A DNA stretch of 64,000 bases from Chlamydiota bacterium (GTDB taxonomy: Bacteria > Chlamydiota > Chlamydiia > Chlamydiales > JABHNK01), in assembly GCA_051744985.1 (NCBI GenBank), contig JBNJDP010000002.1:597-64596 (forward strand), read 5' to 3'. The notes below the pieces were generated by a model. The model saw only the letters and a list, made by a program, of their open reading frames with translations, did no database searches and was not told the DNA's origin. The translations under genes and the position numbers were made by a program. This document shows positions 1-9,601 of this stretch, in pieces (the first letter of the stretch is position 1; each line of letters opens with the position of its first letter).

Positions 1-605
1 ATAATTTGTTCTGCAATGTTTTTTTGACAACTCATAGCATCAGCCGTTACCACCGCACCTTCGATGGCAATCATGTCTAATAAGGGTGGAATAGCGGTGA
101 TTTCGTTTGATTTTTCGTCCACTTTCACCTGGGCCAACGTAATATTATGGGCAGCTGCCCAAGCACTGACAATATGTAATGCTTTGCCATCAGAGTTGAC
201 GTCTCTTGAACCCTTTATGGTTTTTCCATCTATCGCGATAATGTCACCATCAACATGATCAAAGGCCGCTTGAATCCAGCAAGAAAAACACTTTTGAAAC
301 TCAGTGGGGTCGATCTGGCGGAATACACGCCAAAACGTGACATGACTTGGAACTCCATTAGGTAGTTCTAAAATCGTCTTGAGCCACTCTTTTTTTGCTT
401 TAGCAAACACCTCTATAGCTTTCCAGTTGTCAGCTCCACAAATAACAGCAGAAATAGCAATGAATATGATATCCAACAACTTATGTCTCTTGCTTCTATC
501 AACTCGTGGGTCAGTTAGCACATTGAAATGATCCACTACTGTTCCGTGTAAGCGTCTTGTGTTTTCTGCATTCAAGGGCTGAATATCTTTTTTAATCTCA
601 GTCAT
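1..605 (-). mobile_element. ISAs1-family (H-repeat-associated) transposase, N-terminal ~201 codons; ORF runs off the left edge
   Basis: Hand translation of the minus strand from the ATG at 603-605 gives MTEIKKDIQPLNAENTRRLHGTVVDHFNVLTDPRVDRSKRHKLLDIIFIAISAVICGADNWKAIEVF...IAIDGKTIKGS...VDEKSNEITAIPPLLDMIAIEGAVVTADAMSCQKNIAEQI. It matches the DPR/GA..W N-domain and the IAIDGKT, EKSNEI.AIP and DAM.CQ motifs of YhhI/ISAs1 transposases. It is absent from the ORF track because no stop lies in the window. Confidence 0.85.
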
Positions 606-708
606 TTCCACCTCAGATTGAATTTTAATCTGAAGATGTTGTCGCGATATTAGACGATATTGTCAACAAAATTTAGATGAAATCGCCCTGAATAAATAGG
701 AGCTTGTC

Positions 709-2737
709 ATGAATCCTGTGGGACCTCTTGAAAGTAAAACTTGGGATGTAATTCTGCCTGAAACACCAGTAGGTGATCTTCTAGACCATACTGTTACTGA
801 TATTACCGAAGGTTTTAAGGAGGCCTTACAGGCTATAGAAACGGCAGTTTCTTCCATTGATGTATGGAACGAAGATGTTTGCAAAAAGATTCAGAATCTT
901 AAAGGTTCCTTAAAATATCATTATGCTATTGCTAAAAAAAATAGGCTTGGGGCCCCTCGCTAAGCAAAAAAAGCAGTTAAACGAAGTTTTTAATAATGCT
1001 CAGTTTTTAATGCAAAAGCAGCAGGCTTTGTCGAAATATACAGGCTCTCCTGAAAACAACCTTCAAAATTTGCTAGGACTTTACCGGTCTCTTCAGGTCA
1101 GAGAAAAAAAAGCCCCTATGGTGAAAAGCTCTATCGATGCCTTGAAAGAGCAAGCCTTAGAGACTATTACCATAGGTATGGGAAAAGCCTTGCAAGCGCC
1201 TTTTCAAACAGGAAACAAGCAATACATCCATTTAAAAAAGGGTGGATTGTTCTTAGGAGGTAGGAAGGGTAAAGCTTCTTATAAGCAAGTCTTACAACAT
1301 GTAGGCAGTTTGATGAATCAACTAGAAGGGCTAAATGTTGAGCAAAAAAAGCGGTTAGCACAGCCTCTTCAGCAACTCAAAGACCGAAATTTCACCAAAA
1401 AAGTCGGCCCCCGCTGGAACTTTATAGGTAAGATTATTCAGCGATATAATCAGCATATCACTAATAGATTTCTTCGCCGCCAAGGCTTATATAACTTTGT
1501 AAGCGCGATCGAGACAATTAAAGATATCCAGCCTCAGAAAATTTTGCCGACAATTATAGCGGCTCAAAAGAACCTTAGTCAATCTCCCCCCAATCGAGAG
1601 TTTTTAGAGATAATACAATCTTTACTAAGCGATAAGTTTAAGGAGCTCAATATAGATCAAGTGGCAATTGAAAATCTTTATCATTCAACTCAAATTTTAA
1701 TTCAGTTACCGGAGATTTCCTCAGAAGAGCTTCCAGAAAATCTAAAGGTTTTAAAAAAAGATGCCACAGAGAAAATAAATACGGCTTTGCAAAGCGGAAA
1801 TATTAAAGATATAAGTCAAATTTTAGTTCAATTGTCGCAAGTTCCTCAACAAGAGCTTCCAGAAAATCTTAGAAAGTTAGAAGAATCTACCAGACAGGCA
1901 TTGTTGAATAATTTGAGAGCCAAACTTGAATCTTATAAGAAGCCCCTCAATGGCGATTCGCAGGAAAAATTTAATGCGGTTCTTGGAAGACAGAAGGATA
2001 TAGCAGAAACCTTCTCTGCCCTCTCAGAACTTATGCCTTTATTAAAACATGATAAAGAGTTCAAGACGTTGTTAAAAGGACTTTCTGATTCATTAAAACA
2101 AGTTTCTTCTGAAGTTTTGCAGTATGAGGTAGTCATCGATTTTGATGATTCTAGTTATGGGTTTAACATAGATGGTAATGAATTTGGAGAGAATATAACG
2201 AAGGATTTTACACGTGCTGATTATGAAATCGAATCTTCTGGCGGAGAAGGAACAATAAGTATTTTAGCGAAGGATCAAACAAGGGGGCAGGCTTCAGATA
2301 GAATACAAACAATATATTCATTAATAAGTAAAAGATTACCTCAAGATTTACCTGAAGAGCAACGTTCAAAGGCTTTGCATGCCGCAATAATACTTCTCAC
2401 CCAAATGAGCGGCAATTGGACTATAGGGGTGGCAGAAAGTAATTTTTTGGGCTATAACCCTCATTTCGCACCCTTAGGAGCATCAACGGTAACCAGCCCT
2501 ATAAAAGTGAGTATTTCTGATGAAGGGGTTATCCATATAGAACGGGAGGGGAGAAGGTCTTATATTGATACTAATAATGAAAAACCGGTAGGAACGCTTA
2601 ATTTAAGAGCGAAGATAAGCTTAGACCCTAAAAAGATAAACACTGGTCGAGGCGACTATGATATACAAGAAGCTGTGGTCGTTGAAATGCCAGAATTTGC
2701 TACTGAAGCTTCTTCCAATGCTCTTCCGGCAACATAA
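709..2737 (+). pseudogene. Large hypothetical coiled-coil/repeat protein split by a 1-nt frame change in an A8 tract (track ORFs 709-963 and 923-2737)
   Basis: A strong RBS (aggag at 697-701) precedes the ATG at 709; none precedes the ATG at 923. The two ORFs overlap around the A8 run at 934-941, and removing one A fuses them (..YAIAKKIGLGPLAKQKK..). There is an internal duplicated segment (ELPENLKVLKK / ELPENLRKLEE). No recognisable family. Confidence 0.5.
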
Positions 2738-2749
2738 AAGGTGAATAAT

Positions 2750-3811
2750 ATGACAGGACCAGAACAAGTTTCGATAGGCTCTGGCTTTAATAAGTTAGAC
2801 CAATCTGTTAGGCAAAGGTTTAGATCAGAATATCAAGGGCGGCGATACCTTAAGATCAGTAAAGACAAGTCAGGATGGCATCTTGAATCAGTAGCAAAAG
2901 AAAAAAAGACTTCCTTTAGGAAATTGCTGAGGGATATTGATAAGCTGACAAAAAATAGTCCTATTATTGAAAAACAGAAACCAATAATAGGTGAATCGAT
3001 GGCCTTCCTTTATGATTGTAAGGTTAAGAAGCTGGATCAAAAAACAGGACTCTGTGGCATTATAGGGAGGTTTTTCCAGAAACTAATCTTAGATAGAAGT
3101 TTTAAAAAGGCATATAAAAACCTCACGGGTTCATCGATTTCTAAAGATCAAATATCGGGTATGGTCCAACAAGCTAAAAATCGTGAAGCACAAGTATTAG
3201 CGCAGGAATTGTTGGATGAGGAGTTGTCCGATAATAAGAAAAAGGTAATCCCATATTTTAGAAGTTTGGAGAATGTTTTGAAAGAGCTAGATACAGGCGA
3301 CATGAAGAGCAAGATAGAAGCTAAGATGTTAGCTGATATAGAAAAGTTTTTGGATGATAATACTGCTGACCTTGATGGGACACTAGAGCTGTTAGGCAGA
3401 ATACTGCGGGAGAACTTTGGCAGGGGAGATGCTACCTCAGAAAGAGTTCATAAACTTGAGGGTCAGATCCAAGAAAAAATAACGGGGCTGCGAACAACCT
3501 CACAAGAAAGACCAAGATCTGTAGAAAGGATGACTTTGGCGGCTCAATTTCAACGACATTTAGGGAAGACAATAGAAGATGTTGAATCAGCGCTAAAACC
3601 TCTTGATTCTCAAGCTGTAAATAAGGCTTTGGCAACCTTAAAAGGGAAAGCGGATTCTACTGAAGATCAGGGAAAGTATCTAGATTTAATGAGCTTGCAA
3701 AGGGCATTGCAAGCTTTATCAGGTGCTAAACGTTTAAGCAATGAGCAGGAAATCATTTTAAGAAATTTAGGTATCTTGATTAAAGAGGTAGGGGACAGTA
3801 AACCCGTCTAA
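2750..3811 (+). CDS. Hypothetical, predicted coiled-coil protein
   Basis: Long ORF. The track starts it at GTG 2741, but the in-frame ATG at 2750 has better spacing to aaagg. Charged, helix-rich sequence with no recognisable motif. Confidence 0.6.
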   Translation: MTGPEQVSIGSGFNKLDQSVRQRFRSEYQGRRYLKISKDKSGWHLESVAKEKKTSFRKLLRDIDKLTKNSPIIEKQKPIIGESMAFLYDCKVKKLDQKTGLCGIIGRFFQKLILDRSFKKAYKNLTGSSISKDQISGMVQQAKNREAQVLAQELLDEELSDNKKKVIPYFRSLENVLKELDTGDMKSKIEAKMLADIEKFLDDNTADLDGTLELLGRILRENFGRGDATSERVHKLEGQIQEKITGLRTTSQERPRSVERMTLAAQFQRHLGKTIEDVESALKPLDSQAVNKALATLKGKADSTEDQGKYLDLMSLQRALQALSGAKRLSNEQEIILRNLGILIKEVGDSKPV

Positions 3812-3825
3812 TGTAGGAGGTTCCT

Positions 3826-3853
3826 AGCCCCGACATATTAAGCAGCCGGGGCT
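3826..3853. terminator. GC-rich hairpin between convergent genes
   Basis: agccccg (3826-3832) pairs with cggggct (3847-3853). It lies between the 3' ends of 2750-3811 (+) and 3876-5270 (-). No clean T-run. Confidence 0.4.
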
Positions 3854-3875
3854 TGGAGGCACTATTTTTATATAA

Positions 3876-5270
3876 TTATTGGTCGTTATCTTCTTCGAAA
3901 TCTTGATAGCGGAAATCAGAGAGCTCTTCGCTAGTTTCTGCAGTGTCGAGATCACCTTGAAAATCATCTAAACCTTCTCTAGGTATTTCAGCAGCCTCGA
4001 AAGGAGTAGGCGTTGGGACAGGCAAGGCTTCTTGTAGGCGGCGATTCCAGTGGTTGTGGATCTTAATCACCCCTAGGAAGCATAGGATCATTCCTATCAC
4101 AAAGTAAGCAGAGTAAATTATCGTTAAGCTATTCAAGGTGTTGTTGGTGTGCCTAATATAGATGTCAATAAGTTGGCCTGCAGTCACGGGCGCTATAGAA
4201 TATATGATAAAATCTACCGCCAGTTTAACACTAAAGCGGCTTTTGCGACGGATGGCAAAGAAGGCCAGCTCTTTGATGGTAATTAGAAAGATTAAAGCAA
4301 AAGCTGAAGAGATTGCCCAGCTGATGGTCGAAAATCTTAAGCTTTGCACACCTTCAAGGTGCCAGCTATTAGCAAAAAGCGCAAGGCCGGGCAGTAAACT
4401 CAAGATTAGCAAGGTGATACCCGTTTTACCATAAGCTTTAGGCCCTAAGCAGTAAAGGACTCCGCCAGCGATGATACCTGCAATGCTGAGAATCCCTAAA
4501 GTGATAACCTGTACTAAGGCTATATGGCTTGCCTGATGTTGGTAATTAGGGATCGTGCTGATAAGGGACTTGACTTGAGTGAACAATAAGTTTTCCGAAA
4601 AAGTCTGCGCAAAAAAGTAGCCTATAACGATCATCACCAGCGCTACCCAATAGCCTACTGAAACTTTTAAGCCCGCCTCAGGGATGCCGAGGTCTTGCCT
4701 CTTCAATATCAGGAAAACACCATAAATTAACAAACTCATAAAAGCTATAGCTAAGTAGGATAGCCAAGGATAGGATCCTAGCTGGTTGATAATAACCTCT
4801 GGTGGGGTGAGCAGCGCCAGAAGCAGAGCCCAGCTAAATAAAGGGTATTGCAGTGATGCTGTTTTAAAGGTGTTGTGATGGTTGGCATAACCCCACGCTA
4901 TAATAATAGGTAGAGCTACAGCCATCCCTGACCAAAGATATAAGAAAGTTGTAAAACTTTGCGTCTCGATGAAAGAGGAATGAAAATAAACCATAAAGCT
5001 TATCACCCCGAAAGCCAGGAAATTAAGAGGAAAAAAAAAGTGGAAAGCCCGTTCTACATGACCTTTAAGGGTTATCAAGATTAATAAAAGGCCTACAACC
5101 AGCGTCGCTAGAGGTGTTAGCAACCTTAACTGCTCCATGCTCGGACTATGAGGAGCGTTGCGCAAGGCAGCCTCTCTTAGCCCGGTAAGGCAAATATAAT
5201 TGTAATAGGTTAAAAATAACATCAGCCCTATCCCTATGAATAGTGCTAGGCTTTGCTTGCCAGTTTTCAT
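3876..5270 (-). CDS. Polytopic membrane protein with acidic C-terminal tail; possible transporter
   Basis: 464 aa with about 12 hydrophobic segments. The N-terminal YYNYICLTGLREAAL is faintly reminiscent of the FNY..LR..KD motif of nucleotide transporters. That similarity is weak. Confidence 0.6.
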   Translation of the reverse strand: MKTGKQSLALFIGIGLMLFLTYYNYICLTGLREAALRNAPHSPSMEQLRLLTPLATLVVGLLLILITLKGHVERAFHFFFPLNFLAFGVISFMVYFHSSFIETQSFTTFLYLWSGMAVALPIIIAWGYANHHNTFKTASLQYPLFSWALLLALLTPPEVIINQLGSYPWLSYLAIAFMSLLIYGVFLILKRQDLGIPEAGLKVSVGYWVALVMIVIGYFFAQTFSENLLFTQVKSLISTIPNYQHQASHIALVQVITLGILSIAGIIAGGVLYCLGPKAYGKTGITLLILSLLPGLALFANSWHLEGVQSLRFSTISWAISSAFALIFLITIKELAFFAIRRKSRFSVKLAVDFIIYSIAPVTAGQLIDIYIRHTNNTLNSLTIIYSAYFVIGMILCFLGVIKIHNHWNRRLQEALPVPTPTPFEAAEIPREGLDDFQGDLDTAETSEELSDFRYQDFEEDNDQ

Positions 5271-5341
5271 GGTCTCTCTCCCCGTTATATTATTGATAAA
5301 AATGGTAACTTAAAGATAGGGAAAAAAAATATATATGACAA

Positions 5342-6154
5342 TCAATTATGAGAAGTAAGATCCTTAAGCCATGGTTGAACCTGTTGATCAAACGACTGGG
5401 TTGACCTTAGACGGGTGCTCCAATAATGGTAACACTCTTCAGGGGATTGATCCTTGACTTTACTGCTGAACAGCTTCCATAGGGGGCTATCGCTGCTGTT
5501 TTGCACTAATACATGATCATTGATGTGAGGGTTCTCGACCTTATAGTTACTGATAGCTTCCCAAAGAAGAGCCTGGTTGGAAGGTTGACCTAAATTCCTT
5601 GGGGGCCTAATTAATTGTTCACGAAGGCTCTTCTCAAAAATAGCTGTTCGGTGGTACCACTCATAAGATTCTTCATCTACCAAGTTAGGATCAAATGAAT
5701 CGGTAATATCGCCATTTATCTTTCTTGCTATCAACGGCCACGAAAAATTGTCTAATAAGAAGAAATCATCAGGATTATCTTGGCGGAAATCATAAACTGC
5801 TTTGATATAAGGGTATGGTGATAATATGGAGTTATAAGGAATACGCGGCAATGCTGTTTTGACAATACTGATTATTCGTTCCTGTAGGTCAACGATATCT
5901 AAATTGTCAGGGGACGGCATTGGACGGTCAAAATTTAAATGAGGTGTCGGCCGTGGGAGATTCAAAGGCGGTGCCGGCGCTCTCGGTTGTGGAGTGCCGT
6001 TTGATTCAAGAGGGGGATGTGGAGTGCCGTTTGGGGTACAAGGAGAGATCGAAGGTAAGGAGTATGTAGAACATAAAGAGGTATCCGAACTAGGACTACA
6101 GGATGAAAAATCTAAGGCCATATTAGGACTACAGGATGAAAAATCTAAGGCCAT
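5342..6154 (-). CDS. Hypothetical protein: duplicated N-terminus, Pro-rich linker, C-terminal Myb/SANT-like tryptophan spacing
   Basis: Long ORF. The 33-bp tandem duplication at 6091-6154 includes the start codon (MALDFSSCSPN MALDFSSCSPS). The C-terminal W..(18)..W pattern WKLFSSKVKDQSPEECYHYWSTRL resembles W..IA....RT..QC..RW...L. Confidence 0.6.
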   Translation of the reverse strand: MALDFSSCSPNMALDFSSCSPSSDTSLCSTYSLPSISPCTPNGTPHPPLESNGTPQPRAPAPPLNLPRPTPHLNFDRPMPSPDNLDIVDLQERIISIVKTALPRIPYNSILSPYPYIKAVYDFRQDNPDDFFLLDNFSWPLIARKINGDITDSFDPNLVDEESYEWYHRTAIFEKSLREQLIRPPRNLGQPSNQALLWEAISNYKVENPHINDHVLVQNSSDSPLWKLFSSKVKDQSPEECYHYWSTRLRSTQSFDQQVQPWLKDLTSHN

Positions 6155-6307
6155 TGCTAACTACGTTATTTGTTTTTATATTACTTTATTAACTTTTGAT
6201 GCAAAGAAAGAAAAAATATTAATTTAAGTTTATATCGCAAAATAGTTTACTGCAAAAGCTGGTTAGTGTAAAATATTTTATTTCAATACCTTAAATATTC
6301 GAGGAAA

Positions 6308-7198
6308 ATGAAAGCATTACCCCCTAAGCTTCAAGGCATCTTATGGATTGTCGGTTGGGTTTTTAGCTATAATACCGCTATGACTTTGACCAAATTCCTC
6401 TCCCCGGAAGTAGGTACGTGGATGATTGTCTTGATGCGCAGCTTTTTTGGGCTCTTATTTATCGCACCTTTGATTATGCAACCTGGTGCTGCGCCTTTGA
6501 AAAGCTCAGTGCCCGGTAAACATTTGATAAGAGTTATCGCAGCTGCCGGTTCTAGCTTTTGTGTCTATTATGCCTATAAAAGGCTGCCGCTTTCAACAGC
6601 TACTTCGTTGGGGTTAAGCTCATCCTTGATTGTACCAGTCTTTAGTATGCTGATCCTCAAAGAAAGAATTCCTTTCTATCGTTGGATTATGATCATCATC
6701 GGATATATAGGAGTTTTGTGTATTGTGAGGCCTACTGTTGACGGGATTCCTTTAGCGATGGGAGTGGCTTTATTAGCCAACATATGCGGAGCTATAGCTA
6801 TCGTCATGACACGCATGTTAACTCAAACTGAACAAAAACTGACCCTTCTCCTCTATACCAGCTCTGGCATCTTCGCTTTAGCTTTTATTATAAATATCTT
6901 TTCTTGGAAAACATTCTCTCTCCATGATGGTATGATACTGGCAGCCCTCGGGGGAGCTGGAATTATGTCACAGCTTTGCCAAATTTCTGCTCTTAAGCTT
7001 ATCCCTCCTACCATTACGGTGCAATTCGAATATTCTCGACTCCTGTTGGCGATAGCTACCGATTTTTTTGTCTTTAGACAACACCCTTCATCTTCAACTT
7101 TGTTTGGGGCAGCGGTTATCATAATTACAGGCTATATTGTCGTGCAGGGAGAGGCTTCTCCTGCGCCCTTGTCTAGAAAAAGCTCTTCCCTAGCTTAG
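6308..7198 (+). CDS. EamA/DMT-superfamily permease
   Basis: 296 aa with about 10 TM segments in two similar halves, typical of drug/metabolite transporter (EamA) proteins. Confidence 0.7.
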   Translation: MKALPPKLQGILWIVGWVFSYNTAMTLTKFLSPEVGTWMIVLMRSFFGLLFIAPLIMQPGAAPLKSSVPGKHLIRVIAAAGSSFCVYYAYKRLPLSTATSLGLSSSLIVPVFSMLILKERIPFYRWIMIIIGYIGVLCIVRPTVDGIPLAMGVALLANICGAIAIVMTRMLTQTEQKLTLLLYTSSGIFALAFIINIFSWKTFSLHDGMILAALGGAGIMSQLCQISALKLIPPTITVQFEYSRLLLAIATDFFVFRQHPSSSTLFGAAVIIITGYIVVQGEASPAPLSRKSSSLA

Positions 7199-7311
7199 GT
7201 TCTGCTGAATATCAAATTTCAAAAAAAACTTGCTTATATATTGTGGCAGCATTTATCTTGGCGGTAAGATTGTTTTTAATAAATTTTTGCTATAGCAGCA
7301 GGAGGTAATTG

Positions 7312-8121
7312 ATGAAAAAAATTGTGGCCCTTTCATTATCATGTTTAGCAGTTATAGGAGCTGGTAACCTGATGGGGGAAAGCAAAGCTAACCCTCACGA
7401 AGTCTATATCGGCGGAGGATATTTGCATTCCGATTACAAAATTAATTATAGAGAAGATGGGGAGAACCTTAAAGACACTGGAGGCCTACCAGAATTTACT
7501 GCTGGCTACGAATATATACGTCCCGATTTTTATTACGGCGGTGTCAGCTTTAACTATGCTTATGGTGATACCGATATGTCTTCTGATGGAACTTCGGGAG
7601 AAGTTAAATCCAAAAATCGCGTCATGGGGATGGAAGGCCGTCTAGGTTATAACTTTGCTGTTAATGAAAAAGCACAAGTCATTCCTTTTGCTGGCTTTGG
7701 GTATAATACGTGGACACGCTGGTTCGATGAGGATCAGGATAGCCGCGATAAATTAGAAACTAAGTGGACCTATATTGCCCTAGGCTTTAAGTCTTCTTAT
7801 ACTTTTAAACCTACCTGGGAAGTTGGTCTTAACGCTAAAGTTATGTTCACTGTTAACCAGTGGGCAGAAGCTTTGGGTTCTACAACTGTTGAAGAAACTA
7901 CAACTTCCGAGAGCGCACACTCTAAAGTTGCTAATAGGATCAACTACGAAGTTGCTATTCCTGTAACAAAGCATTTCGAATGGTTGTCGGCTCGCTTAGT
8001 GCCTTTCTATGAGCGCCATAATTATGGTCCAGCCGATGATGAAGGAGCAGCATTTTTTCCTATGCCTTCATCGCATAACGACTTGCTAGGAGCAAGAATT
8101 GAACTAGTAAAGAGCTTCTAA
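7312..8121 (+). CDS. Outer-membrane beta-barrel protein (signal peptide, C-terminal Phe)
   Basis: The ggagg at 7301-7305 precedes the ATG at 7312. The N-terminus is MKKIVALSLSCLAVIGAG. The sequence has alternating aromatic/Gly-rich strands and ends ..IELVKSF. Confidence 0.65.
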   Translation: MKKIVALSLSCLAVIGAGNLMGESKANPHEVYIGGGYLHSDYKINYREDGENLKDTGGLPEFTAGYEYIRPDFYYGGVSFNYAYGDTDMSSDGTSGEVKSKNRVMGMEGRLGYNFAVNEKAQVIPFAGFGYNTWTRWFDEDQDSRDKLETKWTYIALGFKSSYTFKPTWEVGLNAKVMFTVNQWAEALGSTTVEETTTSESAHSKVANRINYEVAIPVTKHFEWLSARLVPFYERHNYGPADDEGAAFFPMPSSHNDLLGARIELVKSF

Positions 8122-8259
8122 AATAAGCTCTCTCATTTTTTGGTGTAAGAGGCTTCTCAAAAGAGAAGCCTCTTTTTTTTTGTTAGAGACAGCTAATATA
8201 AAACATAGATCTGTGGTACAATATCTTCTTAAAATTAAATTTCTTCGGGAAAAATTTAT

Positions 8260-9555
8260 ATGCCTAAATGCCTTTTCTTGCTATTAGCTTTCATAGGATT
8301 ATACCTTCCAGGGGAAAGCGCTAACAATGACAGCAATATCAATTGCTGGGCTGTAGTGGTCGTGCCAGTAGCGGATGTGTTAGATGAACCACCTCCTTAT
8401 GGGGGAGCTCCTGAACGTTATCTCGATTTACCATATAACTGGGTTTACTCTCCTAGCTATGATCGCCCGCGCTTCCATCAGCTTCTTTTTAATCAGTTGG
8501 TGAAAATTGTCGCCGAAGAAAACCACGAGTATAAGGTAGAGATAACCAATCTATATTATCAGACCTTAGAGAGCAGGGAAGCTCATACCTTCGAAGGCTG
8601 GATTTTATCAGAAGGGGTAGTGAAACTAAACCACCTTATCAAAAAGAAGCTAGACCTGAAACGTTTACCCTGTAATCTACCAGGGCAAGGTGAGCAAGAT
8701 ATAATATCTCTCACCAGCCCTTATTATAGTGCCGCTCAAGAAAAACTTTATTCTGCCGGAACACGTTTTGTTTTGGCGAAAGAAAAAGCTGATAGTTTCA
8801 TTGTCTATGGTTTACAACCAGAATCTTTAGATTATCAGACCCTGAAGGTGCCGAAATCCCTAGCTCTACGCAATAAAACAGCCTCTATTGACCAAAAGAT
8901 TCAAACCTATATTTCCTTAATACAAGAATGGTCTACACTAGAAGAGGGGATTATCCCTTATTTACAAGGAGGGGCTAGCTGGACGAAGAGCCATTATAAC
9001 CGAGAGGCGGTCAAACGCCCTCTTTTTGATACTAATGGTCAACCAGTATATGAGAATGGAAATAAGCGCTATGGTTATTACCGTTTAGAAGATTTTGGCG
9101 ATCCACGAACAGGGTTAGATTGTTCTTCAATTATATGGCTTGCCGCTCAAACGGTTAATATTCCATATTATTGTAAAAATTCTTCTACGCTTTATCATCA
9201 GCTTAAACCTCTTCAGGTCGGCGACAGCCTCGCCGCCGGAGATATTTTATGGTTTCCTGGTCATGTTATGATCATTAGCCAGCTAAATCCTTTGATGCTT
9301 ATCCAGTCTGAAGGCTATGGGGCTCGCTTGCAGACGGGGTATGTTGCAGAACATGCTGCAGAAAGTCTTTTTCAAGGAATCAATACTCTTTCCGAATTAC
9401 AAAATGCTTATCATTCCCAAGCCTCTTTAAAATTAAAAGGTAGTAGGGGTGAAGTTGCCAAAGAAGTCACTGATTGGCGTTTAATAAAATTTAGAAGCTG
9501 TTGGGATATAGCCGATCAAGCCATGGGAATTTTGCCTGCTTTGAGTTGCGGATAA
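8260..9555 (+). CDS. Secreted NlpC/P60-family peptidase
   Basis: Signal peptide. The C-terminal domain has GLDCSSIIWLAAQ (catalytic Cys) followed by GDILWFPGHVMIIS (His), the canonical NlpC/P60 order. Confidence 0.7.
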   Translation: MPKCLFLLLAFIGLYLPGESANNDSNINCWAVVVVPVADVLDEPPPYGGAPERYLDLPYNWVYSPSYDRPRFHQLLFNQLVKIVAEENHEYKVEITNLYYQTLESREAHTFEGWILSEGVVKLNHLIKKKLDLKRLPCNLPGQGEQDIISLTSPYYSAAQEKLYSAGTRFVLAKEKADSFIVYGLQPESLDYQTLKVPKSLALRNKTASIDQKIQTYISLIQEWSTLEEGIIPYLQGGASWTKSHYNREAVKRPLFDTNGQPVYENGNKRYGYYRLEDFGDPRTGLDCSSIIWLAAQTVNIPYYCKNSSTLYHQLKPLQVGDSLAAGDILWFPGHVMIISQLNPLMLIQSEGYGARLQTGYVAEHAAESLFQGINTLSELQNAYHSQASLKLKGSRGEVAKEVTDWRLIKFRSCWDIADQAMGILPALSCG

Positions 9556-9601
9556 TCAAAATTTCCATTAACGTAAAGTTAAATTTTATATTGGAGGTAA
9601 A

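Noticed and set aside
64-258. Plus-strand 64-aa ORF at the left edge
   Set aside because: It is antisense to the clearly recognisable ISAs1 transposase frame and so is spurious.
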